A stretch of DNA of 63,959 nt, filler included, from Octopus bimaculoides (GCF_001194135.2; 4 parts of 4 records of this genome joined end to end with filler, not necessarily neighbours in it), one strand, 5' to 3'. Shown: positions 11,618 to 25,196, counted from the whole stretch's first letter. Numbers and translations: made by a program. Notes: generated by a model from the sequence alone, not told the origin.

Positions 11618-13930
11618 TCACCTTGACCGACCAGTCCGTCGGGCGTCCATTTGACACCGCTGGTCACAGCACGATGTCCACTCTTCTCAGGATCGCGCCT
11701 TCCTCATCCACGTGGTCCCAATCGCCCTCCTAAAATCGTTACTCCACCGTCGTGGAGGCCTTCCGAGTTGGTCGTTCCCGCTCGCGCGAGTACCACTCGA
11801 CAACTGCGCGGGTCCACCGATTAACGGTGAGCCGGGCGACGTGTCCATCCCATCTAAACTTGCTGCGTGTATATTCTATGATGGCATCCCTCACGCCGGA
11901 CTTCTGTCTGATGACCTCGCTACTGATGTGCTCCCTCAACGAGATTACAAGCATTGACCTCTCCATGGCTCTTTAAGTAGTTACCAATCTCTGCTCTTCT
12001 CTCTTTGTTGTAGCCCATGTTTCTCTACCATATAACATTGCAGGTAGAACTGTGCTATTGATAAGGCTGGTCCTGTCCGCGGGTGGTCCTGTCGCGGGTG
12101 GTCCTGTTGCGGGTGGTCCTGTCGCAGGTGGTCCTGTCCTACCTTCCCTTGAGCACTTCTCTTATGCCATTAAACGCCTTCCATCCGGCCCTTACTCTCC
12201 ACGAGATCTCCTTTTCGATGTCATGGCACATATTCACTTCCTGTCCCGTGCAGACATATTCCTTTACCTCCTCTATTTCTTCACTGCCGACCACCATTTG
12301 ATCTGTTGGTACGTTGTCGGACCGTATGAACTTCGTTTTCATGCGGTTCATCTTGAGACCTACTGCAGAGCTTTTGATGTCGAGCTCCGTCAGCATGGTC
12401 TGAAGCTGATCCGTGGTTTCAGCGATGATTACGATGTCATCAGCGAAACGGAGGTGGGTGAGTAGCTCGCCATTGATGTTGACACCGCCTTGCCAGTCGA
12501 TGCCTCTGATGATCTGCTCGAAACATGCAGGGAAAAGTTTTGGAGAGATCGCATCTCTTTGCTTCACTCCCTTCTCGACCGGCACTCGTACGGGTGATGA
12601 CAGCAGAGCTATGTCGATGGTCATCCNNNNNNNNNNNNNNNNNNNNNNNNNNNNNNNNNNNNNNNNNNNNNNNNNNNNNNNNNNNNNNNNNNNNNNNNNN
12701 NNNNNNNNNNNNNNNNNNNNNNNNNNAGCAGTTGCACACATTGCACCTCGACTCCTTGCCTCTGCAGCGAGTTCAGCACTGCGTTGGTTTCGACGCCGTC
12801 GAAGGCCTTCTCATAGTCTACAAACGCAACGCAAATAGACAGTTTGTACTCATTCGCTCGCTCAAGCAGTTGTGTTAGAGTAAATATATGGTCTCTTGTA
12901 CTGTAGTTCTTCCGGAAGCCGGCTTGCTCCCTCGGTTGTTGTTCGTCGAGATGACGTGACAACCTATTCATAATTATCTTTGTGAACAGCTTGTACACGT
13001 GAGACAGCAGGCATATGGGTCGGTAGTTCTTTAGATCTTCTCTATCGCCCTTCTTATATAGCAGGATGGTATTTGGCTCTTTCCACTGCGAGGGAACTCT
13101 TCCCTTGTCTAGATAGTGCGTGAATCGCTCGGCGAGGATTTTCCAGAGCTGCTCTTCGCCTGACTTTAACACCTCCGATGTTATACCGTCTTTCCCTGGC
13201 GCCTTTCCGTTTTTCATCAAGCCGATGGCTCTTTCGACCTCACTGACAATGATAGGTGGCACATTTTCTTCCTGTTGGAGTGGTGGTAGTGGCTGGACAT
13301 TTCTAGTAGACTTGAAGAGCTTGGTGTAGAAGTCTTCGCAAATTTTTCCATCTCGCTCTTATTGTTGACCGAATCCATCTGTATTCTTCAGGGCCATCAC
13401 CTCCGATCTATATAGTGCCATGTCCATCTTGCATTTATTGAGGCTCTTCTTTTCCTCTGCGGCCTTCAGGATCTTCTCCATCCGGTATGCCTCAAAGTCC
13501 CTCTTCAGTTGCTGACGAATCACTCTGCTGAGAAGGGAATATTCAAGGTGATCTTCAATAGTCCTCTTCTCTAGTATCTTCGTAGTTTCCTCCGAGACTC
13601 CTCCCTTCTTCTCTCTCAGACACACTCCCTTAGCCTTTCTTAAACACTCCTTCAGCTTCCCTATCAGTGAGTTGTAGTCATCGTCTATGCCGTCTCCTTT
13701 GCACCAGATTTCCTGCAGAATGGCTTCCTGCAGCTTCGCCTCGTTGAAGACTCGGACGCGTTTTCCCTTCGACGCCAAATGCAGCGCCATCTTCTCCCTC
13801 GTCCCGTCGATGACGACCCTCGCCCTCACCAGACGATGATCGCTGCCGGCGTTGAATAGCGTCACGACGGAGATGTCATGTAATATGCGTCGCTTGTCGA
13901 CCATGATGTAGTCGATCTCTTTTCGGTGCC
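11618..13930 (-). mobile_element. RTE-clade LINE, 5'-truncated, frameshifted
   Basis: APE C-terminus (EIDYIMVD...GSDHRLV), then RT (KAPGKDG, NYRPICLLS, QAGFRK, DYEKAFD, GVKQRDAISPKLF, HLRFADDIV), then C-terminus (KFRWDGHVAR...EWY). The stop at 11618-11620 runs straight into (TA)n. An N gap lies inside. Confidence 0.95.
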
Positions 13931-13963
<33 letters not shown>

Positions 13964-14231
13964 GTATGTATAAAGTAATATAGGTTTCAATGAAAAGACA
14001 ACTTTCGAGATATTGAACCAAAAACAGATTATTTTCCTCAATATACTCTTCGAAAGACACTACACCTCATATAAAATATACAATATATAGGTACACAATA
14101 TATATATATATAATATATATTCGTATGTGATCACTTGAATCAGTTCTAAAACATAAAAAGGTCGGACGTTAAATGTACACAGTCACTGCATTGCAAAATC
14201 ATAAATATTAAAGAATATCTAATCATATTCC

Positions 14232-14442
14232 TTTCTACTCTAGGCACAAGGCCCGAAATTTTGGGAGAGGGGGTGAGTCGATAAGATTGACCCCAGTATG
14301 CAACTGGTACTTAATTTATCGACCCGAAAGGATGAAAGGCAAAAGTCGACCTCGGCGGAATTTGAATTCAGAACTTAAAGTCAGACGAAATAACGCTAAG
14401 CATTTCGCTTAGCGAGCTAACGTTTCTACCAGCTCACCGCCT
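14232..14442 (-). mobile_element. SINE family A copy
   Basis: Reverse complement of the family A consensus (AGGCGGTGAGCTGGTAGAAACGTTAGC...). Confidence 0.8.
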
Positions 14443-14807
14443 TTCTAATCATAAATATTTTAGAATATCTAATCTTTCAGATAATAAAAGAATTTTCAAT
14501 AATCATGCATCATTGTATAAAACAGCACTTAAGAATAATGGTTTTCACGAGAACATTTATTATATAAGAAATACAACTTTTAAAAGTAAACTAAGTAAAC
14601 TCTTTCCAGGCTAAATTAAATATTAAATATTAACATTCCGTCAGTTAATGAGCCCGTTGTACAATGGATTCCCCATATACATAGGAGATATTATCAACCT
14701 TTTAGTTATAACTTTGCAATAGATTCAGTAAGAAACAGGCAGATTAGGAATAATACCACTAGAAAGTAGGAAATAATTTGGTTCACCCCCACCTTTTTCC
14801 CTTCAAG

Positions 14808-14910
14808 TTAACCCATTAAGTCCCATTGTCCTATAAATAGGACACTAAATGAGAACATTAAAAAAGCTATATCACATTGTCTCAGTGTCCTATTTATAGG
14901 ACACCGAATA
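14808..14910 (+). mobile_element. piggyBac-like left terminus
   Basis: TTAA followed by CCCATTAAGTCCCA, then two palindromic subterminal units TGTCCTATAAATAGGACA (14828) and GTGTCCTATTTATAGGACAC (14886). Confidence 0.5.
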
Positions 14911-16439
14911 TTTCCATTTCTACTTGAAGTAGAGTAGTTTTAATAATTATTTTTTTCATTTTAACCAGAGAGGTTTTTTAAAAAAATCATCACCCAGAAC
15001 ATAAACAATTGTAGTAAGAAAAATCACAACAGTAAACAAAGCATAATGCCATTCCCTCAAACAAACAACAATGAAAAAGTCAGAGCAATGACAACAAACA
15101 ATAACAAAGACTCTTTCGATTACAACTTTTTTCCGAAAGAAGACCGATGGGCATGGAAAAACGTAACAAATACAAGCAAAAGGGAAGGGCATCGACCAAT
15201 TTCTCTCATAGATGACAACCGAGAGCTTGGTGATGAGTCTGACGCCAAAAGTCTATAAGCATTCACTGTTGAGATACCCACATAAAGCAATGACTTTCAC
15301 TGCTAACATATTCTATTCAGTGCTGCAGGAAGCCATTGGCTCACTCTGTAAACTGAACTGCCCGGTTAACGCGAATGTAAGTTAAGAAATTTCTTCCACT
15401 TATTATCTTCTTCGCATGTCAAACTGAAATTAGTTTGCGCAAATGCATGCGACATGAGGTCAATTTGGAAAAAAGGTAACTTGCTTAGCGATTCGAAGTC
15501 ACTAGAGTTAGATATACTAATACTAATGAAACCAAAATATCTGAGATTCAGGTACGAAAACGAATAGGACGTTGTTGATAATTTCTGTCCATTAACTTTG
15601 CTATATGCAAAGTTAAAGATTTTACCAAGGAGCTAACAAGGAAATTGCTGCTTGTCTTCCATAGCATCGTTGTGAATACCCAGACCTGCGTGATCCATGA
15701 ATGATCTATTCTACATCAGACGATATAACAGAAGGTGAGTAACAAACCTGGCTTCCTTGAGGTTCTAATCAATTTGGATCAATTATCATCTTTTGATCGG
15801 CCACTGCTACACGACTGAAAGCAACAATTTCACTTCTGTTTTCAGGGGCTGAATTATTTCAACGTATTGCGTCATCTGTTATTTGCTTAGATTGAATAGC
15901 CTCCTCTCGGAACCGTTTTGGACCGTGCGATCAGTCTATCAAGGAAGTTCTTTCTCATCTCTTCTGTACATACTGATTCTGGGAACCACCAGTATTAATC
16001 AATTATATCAACTGCAGTAATTGACTGACTCTAAACTTTATCATCCATGACCTTGGAGGAATTTGAATTTATAGAACCGGAACTAAATATTACCAGGCGT
16101 TTTGATCGACGCTCAAGCGAATTTGCTAACTCATTACTCTTCTACTTTATAAGTTCATTTTCCATTCAGTTCGAAGATGACTTTCTTTCTGAGGTGTATA
16201 GAATTAGTACCAGTCCAAAGAGGTGACGGGGCGATATAATCAACTATTATCATGACAGTGGTGTTCCACGATGAACACAGTCCTATAATCGAAACGTGTA
16301 ACAAAATAAATTAGTATCTTGAGTCTATTTTGCAAGCATATTTCGTAGTTGGCCAATCTCTGAAAACCTTTCACTATTTCCTATGCTTCAGATTCATCAT
16401 GAGGAACATTCCTACGTTAGATATCGAGATATCGTCGAG

Positions 16440-16850
16440 AACTGAAGAAAAAAGGCAGAATAGCATTATAAGTTCTCTTGACCAATTATGACATGTCACT
16501 TAAAACTGAGCACAATGTATACAAGTCAATAGTAATCCTAACTTCGTTGTTTAAGTCAAAATTTGTAGTGCATGTACAATGTCTTTTGTCCACTAGTGGG
16601 TATCATCTGCAAAGATGAAAATGTATAGAACAGCATGTCATTCGGTGCAATTTCCCAAGGTTTGAAAGTTTCTGAGTCCAATAGAGCAAACACTTATTCT
16701 GTACGAATGAATCCAGAAAACTTAAACAATAAAGTAGATATCCTTTACTTCGACTAGAAGATATCTGCTCTGGTTCCCGAGACTTAGAAAAACGGCCTTA
16801 GCAACTATAACTAAATGCCAAGACCTGGACTACTCTCTCATTCAGTCAGA
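16440..16850 (+). mobile_element. Highly decayed RTE-like LINE fragment
   Basis: One frame reads LKTEHNVYKSIVILTSLFKS, resembling the RTE motif TKLxVYxAxVLPTLLYGSETW. Confidence 0.3.
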
Positions 16851-17748
16851 AGTCCTGATGTAATCTGTGCTTCACCAGGATCAGTAAGTTTTCGAGGCAA
16901 ACGATGGATGATAACTTGACACCCAGCGAATGTTATTTTCCCACATGCATGTGCAACATGTGATTTAATATCAACATCCAAGACACTTGCCAAAAGTGCT
17001 GCGCAGTGGAATCGAACCTGGAAGCAAATATGTGCGAAGTGAATTTCTTAACCAAGATGTTATACTTTTTGTGGTAATGTATAGGTAAATGAATTAAACA
17101 AAAGACAATATAATACCAACATAAACAACTAAAATAATGTTGGATTGCCTTTCTACAATGAATTAAGTATGAAATTCTTTCAGTGCTACATTTCTGCACA
17201 GATTAACTTGCTTGAAAAAAAATCACAATCAAGATGTTCGATTATGTATATGCATGATGTTTCTTCGTATATTTTAGAACATATATGTTTCATTTATATG
17301 ACTACGATTAACACTGAAGCTTTATCATGCGACGTAACCACAATGTCCATCTATTTATGAATCCTTGCATGAAAATCGACATATATAATATATATGTATA
17401 TGTATGCGTGCGGGCGCGAGCGCGTAGGCTTCCAGCAAGCTATCACTACCAATTTATCAGTTTTCCTAAATTTCGCAAGAATGAAGAATGGCTATCTCGT
17501 GAATGCAAATGACTCCGCGAGATTTAACGTCATATGGCTCGTGTTTTTTTCTTTTATTTTTTTTAGTCCAGACGTTATTTTTCGGCTCGACGCCGAAAAT
17601 AGTTTGTTTAAATTATGTCTAATTCGCCGAGATAAATAATCCCTTGGAAAAAAATTGTCACTTGGAGAGTATTCTTTCTCCTTTTCTTAATAGACTTTTC
17701 GAATTTAGTGATGAAAATAATTCATCAACCTGAATAATATTAGGTTAG

Positions 17749-17830
17749 ATGTATAACATGGAAATGTTCCATGGAGTCGATTACCAACAGATTCTGGCTA
17801 AACGTGGTATCAAACTACTGGATACGATTG
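17749..17830 (+). CDS. TSSK: TSSK-family kinase, coding exon 1 (MYNMEMFHGVDYQQILAKRGIKLLDTI-G)
   Basis: The ATG at 17749 is directly preceded by an in-frame TAG. The peptide resembles the TSSK N-terminus (L-x-K/R-R-G-[YI]-x-L-x-x-x-[IL]-G). The exon ends ATT G|GTAAGA, a phase-1 donor matching the phase-1 acceptor of exon 2. Confidence 0.8.
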
Positions 17831-17901
17831 GTAAGACGATTTACATATTTTATTTTTGTCTTTCTCCTTTTAATTTTATAAATAAATCTAATTGCTATAA
17901 A

Positions 17902-17982
<81 letters not shown>

Positions 17983-18193
17983 TTATGTAAAGGAAACAGA
18001 AATACATATGATCGGAACAAAGGTTTCGCTCAATCTGTCCTCAGGTTGGCAGTACATATTAGCGGTTTGAGAAAGCCGTTTGAACCAAAACGTCGGTTCA
18101 GGTGAGATATGGAAGTGATCCTGTTTACTTTACAAAAATTTGTTTTTGTATTACGCAATAAACAAAATTAATACATACATATACAAACATACA

Positions 18194-18231
<38 letters not shown>

Positions 18232-18552
18232 CTTCCATGCATACTTGCAATCAAACATACATACATATGTACGTATAAAATATACATATATATGTATATG
18301 TAAGTGTGTGTGTGTGTGTACGTCTATGTGTATGTAAACTTTCAAAATATATATGAAGAGTTCTAATGGCGAGATCCGGGGACAACCGCGTACATCTGAC
18401 TTCTTTTTTTCTGATAACATTGTCAAATTTATTGTAGCTCTTTGTAGTTCTCTAATAAAATCAATTGCTATTAAATGTCTGTCATAATGGTAAACAGAAC
18501 TCTGTTCGATTTGAAGATATCCAAATAGTTCATGTAATTTCTCAGCTGGCAT

Positions 18553-18691
18553 TTATCCTGAAAGGATGAAAGATAAAGTCAGCCACAACGGAATTTGAAG
18601 TCAGAACGTGATGAACCAGAAGAAATGCGGCTAAGCATTTTGTCCGGCATGGTAATAATTCTGCCAGTTCGCCGCCTTAATAACGATGATG

Positions 18692-18742
<51 letters not shown>

Positions 18743-19135
18743 GTTTCAAATGCCGGCAAGTACGGGGGAGGAGTAAGTCGATTACATCGACCCCAGGATC
18801 CGACTCATACTTATTTTATCGACCTGGAAAAGATGAAACGCAAAATCGACCTCGACGGAATTTGAACTCAGAATAGACGGGCGGAATGCCGTTAAGCATT
18901 TTGTCTGGTTAACGCCTTTACCAGCTCGCTACCTTAATAAATTATTCGTTTTACTATAAGCACAAGGCCTGAAATTTTAGGGGTGAGGCCAGTCGAATAC
19001 ATCGACTCCAGTGCTCAACTGGTACTTATCTTATGGACCCCGAAAGAATGATGTGTAAAGTCGAGTTCAGTAGCATTTGAAATTAATACATTAAAGTGTC
19101 CGAAGAAACGCCGCTTAGCATTTTGTCCGACATGC
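18553..19135 (-). mobile_element. Cluster of three SINE family A copies with (AAT)n spacers
   Basis: Three family A cores at ~18553-18680, 18760-18935 and 18950-19135. Confidence 0.7.
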
Positions 19136-19199
19136 TATCTAATAATAATATCTGATCGGGTTTGATCGGATTTTCTTGACTCGGTTACAATCTCGCCTA

Positions 19200-19970
19200 C
19201 CTTTCAGGAGGTCAACATGTAATGTCCATACAGAGCTGATCGGTGAAAGTTATTTCTGAACGGCCGGCCCGTGTGTCTAGATTTCCATAGGAGTGTATCA
19301 CTAAAAATCTAATCTTGCTTATCTCTCCAGAGATGTCATGCAAAGCTCGTTCATTTCTCTTTAATGACATCAATGATTGCAAGAAGTTTGCCGCACAGTC
19401 TTTGTTTAAACAGATGCTTTTTCCAGGAGATAATCTGAACGGCCCGCAACATACGGGTGTAAGCCTCAGCAAGTCTTTCCTCCTGGTGTTTGGTGAGTGT
19501 CCTGGCAGTTGACTCATACAAAAGCACTGATTCCTCAGTGGTACAGAAGATTTTCTGAAGATCTTAGGAAGTGATGGATCCAAGATAACCTCGTCGTTGC
19601 AACTTTTTACATTCAGTTCATCTGTGGATGTGATATTACTGCTTAAATACACAATGACGTTTACAGATTTGTTGGAAAGACCTTAATACTCAGAAGATTC
19701 ATTGACGGGGTCAGGGTTAAAAATCTACTGGTAGTTTTACTGACTGCAGGTTTCTTGAAAGCTTTCAACATTATCCAGCTCGGCAAAATAGAGCAAAGTC
19801 TTTTTATATGCGGTATATCTCGAGAAGTAGAAGCAGCAATGATTCTCAGCAAGAACATAGGTGCTGAAGTACGATCACCTGGTGGAGACATTGATTTCTT
19901 GAACATCAGCGGCTTCATATGATTTATCGACAGCTTTATATGATTTCTTCAACATTATTGAAGAAATTCC
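19200..19970 (-). mobile_element. Decayed RTE-X LINE 3' fragment
   Basis: Minus frames give YLSSNITST and ESVLLYESTARTLTKHQEERLAEAYTRMLRAVQIISWKKH...SDTLLWKSRH, typical of the RTE-X C-terminus. Multiple stops. Confidence 0.75.
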
Positions 19971-20466
19971 CGATTGTTTTGACAATGCAGGCGTATAAAT
20001 GAAACTAAGCTACATAAAAATTAATTAGATGGAAACCGATATTCTTCGCTTATCTCTATATTGCAGCAAAACACGATTTACATTTTAATATGGGATTAAT
20101 TCATATATACTGCGGCAAGTAAAGTAAATTTTCCTCAAAATTCTAAGTTGGTGAATTGTTTGAATGTCATTACAGACTTTCAGATTCAGTTCACAAGCAA
20201 TCGAAAAATGACCAAATTAATTAAGACCCTGGTCATCAAATAGAACTTATCGTGCATGTCCTCAGACATAAGATATGTGCCATATCAATGGGGAAAGAAA
20301 CGTATGCTAATTTTTTAATGGAAACGTCTAGTGTTTAGAACTGGTTTAGAATACATGTAAAACGTGTGTCCGTTATCGAGATATTGTTTGGTAAGTTGGA
20401 TTTTTAAGTGGCGGTGAGGTGGGACGAAAAATTGTTATTCGTTTTGCTTTAGAACGAAATATGTGT

Positions 20467-20626
20467 ATTTCTATGTGTTCATACGTTGTTCATCTTGCTA
20501 ATCAAATCAAGTAAGTTTAAATTTAAGTGACATGTGACATGTTCACTTTGAAACTGCTATTCTCACTTTGAAATGGCATATACTTCCCACTTAGATTTAC
20601 AAATCCTGAAGTCAGTAATAAGTTTG
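20467..20626 (+). repeat. 160-bp direct repeat, copy 1
   Basis: Matches 22883-23043 except for 2 substitutions and a 1-nt indel. Confidence 0.95.
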
Positions 20627-20789
20627 GGTGTTAGTTTTGTTTGTTTTTTTCCTCTGTGCGTGTGCGAGCATGTGTGTGTGTGTGTGTGTGTACGTGCGCG
20701 TGCGCGTGTACGTGTGCTCGCGCGAGCGTGCGTGTGTGTTCGTATGTGTATAAATTTGTCAGAAGAGAGTCAGTGTTCATGATCTTTTC

Positions 20790-22084
20790 AGGCCCTCCTA
20801 AATTGGTGAGATTGACGTGGCCAATGCTGAGACTGCACCTATAGGCGTTTCAATGCCTGCAAGAAATTCTAGTTCAAATGCTTGTCACAAAATTATTCCT
20901 TTCTAAAAGACCCCAAGCACCAGGTTGTGGTGTTCAACTGGCCAAGCAAGCTCAAATTCAGACAGTTCATATTGTTTGGAGCAATGATATCATAAAATCT
21001 ATTCAAATAAATGGCTCTTTGATTTTATTAATTATCGTCAACCAAACCTATGATTTCAAAGTAACTGATTAAACACAATGGAGCCGGTTAATGTATTTTG
21101 CATGTTTGAGCTGATCTTGAGATTTTGCAAATTTACAGAAATATTTGCTGATTATCCAAACGGACTTTCAATCTTCCATCAGTTAAGTTCAATTGCCCTT
21201 CGCGATGGAAAAGGGGCAAGGATAGACCTCTTCCAGTATTGTAGTACAAAAAAGAAGTTTGCTTTGGATGAACGTTACCTGTCAAACAGGAATCAACAAC
21301 AGCGTACAATAAGATCCAGAAAGGTAGTCCTTGAGAGGATGAGATTGTCCAAGAGAGGGTGAGAGTTCAGTGTAAGAAAGATCAAATTGGGATGTCTAAT
21401 AGAAATGTCATCTGAATGATAAACAACACCAGTTTTGGCGGCAATTATTCATGAAATGTTGATTTTATAGAATAGTTATTTTCAGAAAAATGATATTGAT
21501 TATCCACAACAATCCTCCCATGTAAACAAGAAAACAGGACACCAATGATAGTAGAATATTTACAAATTAAGATGATAATCGCAGATCCAGTAAATTGCAT
21601 ATCCTTTAGATGCCAGTACTATAGATTTTCTTTTCTAGATTAGTTTGTAGACTAGTATGACTATTCTACAGGGTGTCCACAAAGTCTTGGTACACGGAGT
21701 AAATAAAATCAAAGCATAAACAATTAAATGTAAGAAATAATAATTTCTTAGAGTATGTGTTAATCCCCATGTACCCAGACTTTGTGGACACCCTGTAGAG
21801 ACTCCAACAGAAAATGTGGAAAAAAACACAAAAGAAACAGTAAACATAGAATTTGGTTTATATCGGTAAAAATCAGTTTAAATTGTTTAAAATGTAAATA
21901 ATGTTAGTGTAAAACATGGAGGATATGCTTTCTCAGAAAAAGTGGGAGGGGGCTATGGGGAATGCTAGATTTCTTTTCTCATGATGACACAAGCATTTTT
22001 ATTTCTTTAAAAACAATTATGAAAGGTGTGTTTGTTCAGTTGACCCCTGTATTTACGTAACAGATAACTGCATAAATGGGTTAA
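20790..22084 (+). mobile_element. Possible decayed piggyBac (PGBD-like) transposase remnant with right terminus
   Basis: IFADYPNGLSIFHQLSSIALR...ARID resembles PGBD 'FDNxFTSxxLLxxLSSxGxxATGTVRxD'. A later NTSFGG resembles YNxxMGGVD. The terminus ATAAATGGG|TTAA lies at 22072-22084. Confidence 0.35.
21667..21797. mobile_element. Tc1/mariner MITE (131 bp)
   Basis: TIRs TACAGGGTGTCCACAAAGTCT(T/G)GGTACA in inverted orientation, with TA at both ends. Confidence 0.9.
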
Positions 22085-22882
22085 TTGCATAATACTTTCA
22101 ATTATATAATAATTTCAATCACCAAAGACATTTAAGTATGTGTTATTGACTGTACTATCATATCTAATAGAACATGTACCCAAGTATAGTATTTGTAATT
22201 CTAAGCTAGTACATGTCACTTAATTTGATTCATTATTTCAAAACAAGACTTTACTACTTCAAACTGAGAATAACAATTTCCAAAGAAGTTTAACACAAAA
22301 AAATTTATTCAATAGAAAATATAACATGAAAACATCTCTTACAATTTGTTTTTGTGGCAAATCCCATCTTGTGTCTTCATATATTTTCCGCAAGATGATT
22401 AATGGATTGGTATATATTGCTTCATACAGTAGACATGTATTTTATCATCAACCTTCCCACTGCATTTACCGCCTGGATTTCTCGCAAAATGACAGGAAAG
22501 CAATATTTTCTTGCTTTGACAAGGTCTAAAATTATTGTGCTTTCAGTTTTAAAATTAATAACTGTGTACTTAGCTGGGTCCTTATAGTCCAATCCACAAC
22601 CTTAACAGTTCATGAGCTGACGACAAACGACGTTGAACATTGACGTCTTCTTTGTTCTACATCCACCTTGATACTGTTTGTCAAGGATTTGTTCAAAATA
22701 CTATTCAGAGAATAAGCAGTTCCATGCTGGGCGTCGAGATTCTGTTCGAGCTACGAAAATATTATGCCGCGCATTCTACAATAGATTTTATGCACAATTC
22801 CACGGAAAATGATCAATTCAGTGGAAGTAACACTTCTTGACCACATGCCGTGTTCTCCGATTGATAAAATTTTTCCCCCTAC

Positions 22883-23043
22883 ATTTCTATGTGTTCATAC
22901 GTTGTTCATCTTCCTAATTAAATCAAGTAAGTTTAAATTTTAAGTGACATGTGACATGTTCACTTTGAAACTGCTATTCTCACTTTGAAATGGCATATAC
23001 TTCCCACTTAGATTTACAAATCCTGAAGTCAGTAATAAGTTTG
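22883..23043 (+). repeat. 160-bp direct repeat, copy 2
   Basis: Matches 20467-20626. No N gap lies between the two copies. Confidence 0.95.
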
Positions 23044-23360
23044 ACACTATCACATGGCCCTCTGTTGTCTTAAGCAGAGAGCACTCTATTGCGGTCATTT
23101 AAGTTAGAGGTCTGGTTGGTCTGATGATAACCCGAGTCTTCAACTCTTCCTCACATCAGTTACAGCAGCTCCCGAAAAGTTTTTCTAACAGAGCTGTAAC
23201 AACTAAGAAAACATTTCCATGCGAGAGAGATATATTTCGTTCACGACCAATGTTCTCGACGCTATATTTTGGTAATTTAAACAATACAAGATATGTACTA
23301 TATGCAATTTATACTTTTATTCTTTTTTCTCCCCCTTGCTTTCTTGGTGTAACTTTTCAG

Positions 23361-23662
23361 GAAGAGGAAGTTACTCAAAGGTCAAGCTTGGTCATATATC
23401 TAAGAATGACCCAAGACAAGTTGCTGTAAAAATCATTAATCTATTGAAAGCGCCTGAAGATTTTAAAGAAAGCTTCCTTCCTCGTGAGCTGGAAAACTGG
23501 CCATCACTCGATCATCGTCACGTAATTAAATTCTATGAAGCTTTTCAAATTGACCAAACTTTATTTATGATCATCGAGTTTGCTCCTCACGGAGATATGC
23601 TTAAATACATCCAAGCAAATGGTAATTTACCAGAGATGAAAAGAAAATTGCTAATGACTCAG
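23361..23662 (+). CDS. TSSK: TSSK-family kinase, coding exon 2 (subdomains I-V)
   Basis: A polypyrimidine tract and TTTTCAG| acceptor precede (G)RGSYSKVK...VAVKIINLLKAPEDFKESFLPRELE...MIIEFAPHGDMLKYIQ...LMTQ, followed by a CAG|GTAAAC phase-0 donor. The KAPxDFxxxFLPRE motif is diagnostic of TSSKs. Confidence 0.9.
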
Positions 23663-23720
23663 GTAAACTAATCACATCAAATTATTTGTTAATTGTTCAT
23701 GCGTGTCCGTTATTACTTTT

Positions 23721-25140
<1,420 letters not shown>

Positions 25141-25184
25141 NNNNNNNNNNNNNNNNNNNNNNNNNNNNNNNNNNNNNNNNNNNN

Positions 25185-25196
25185 TTAATTAATTAA
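25185..25196. other. Assembly linker TTAATTAATTAA inside an N gap (also 45794-45805 and 61861-61872)
   Basis: An identical palindromic 12-mer with TAA in all six frames, embedded in N runs three times. Confidence 0.9.

Noticed and set aside
16255-16310. Hammerhead-like GATGA...CGAAACGTGTA
   Set aside because: The CUGA core is absent and there is no stem II complementarity. At most it is a dead Penelope tail.
19212-19918. 146-aa and 85-aa minus-strand ORFs as novel proteins
   Set aside because: They are mostly off-frame readings of a decayed RTE-X LINE.
25185-25196. Recurrent TTAATTAATTAA palindrome (three copies)
   Set aside because: Always embedded in N runs. It is a six-frame-stop scaffolding linker, not biology.
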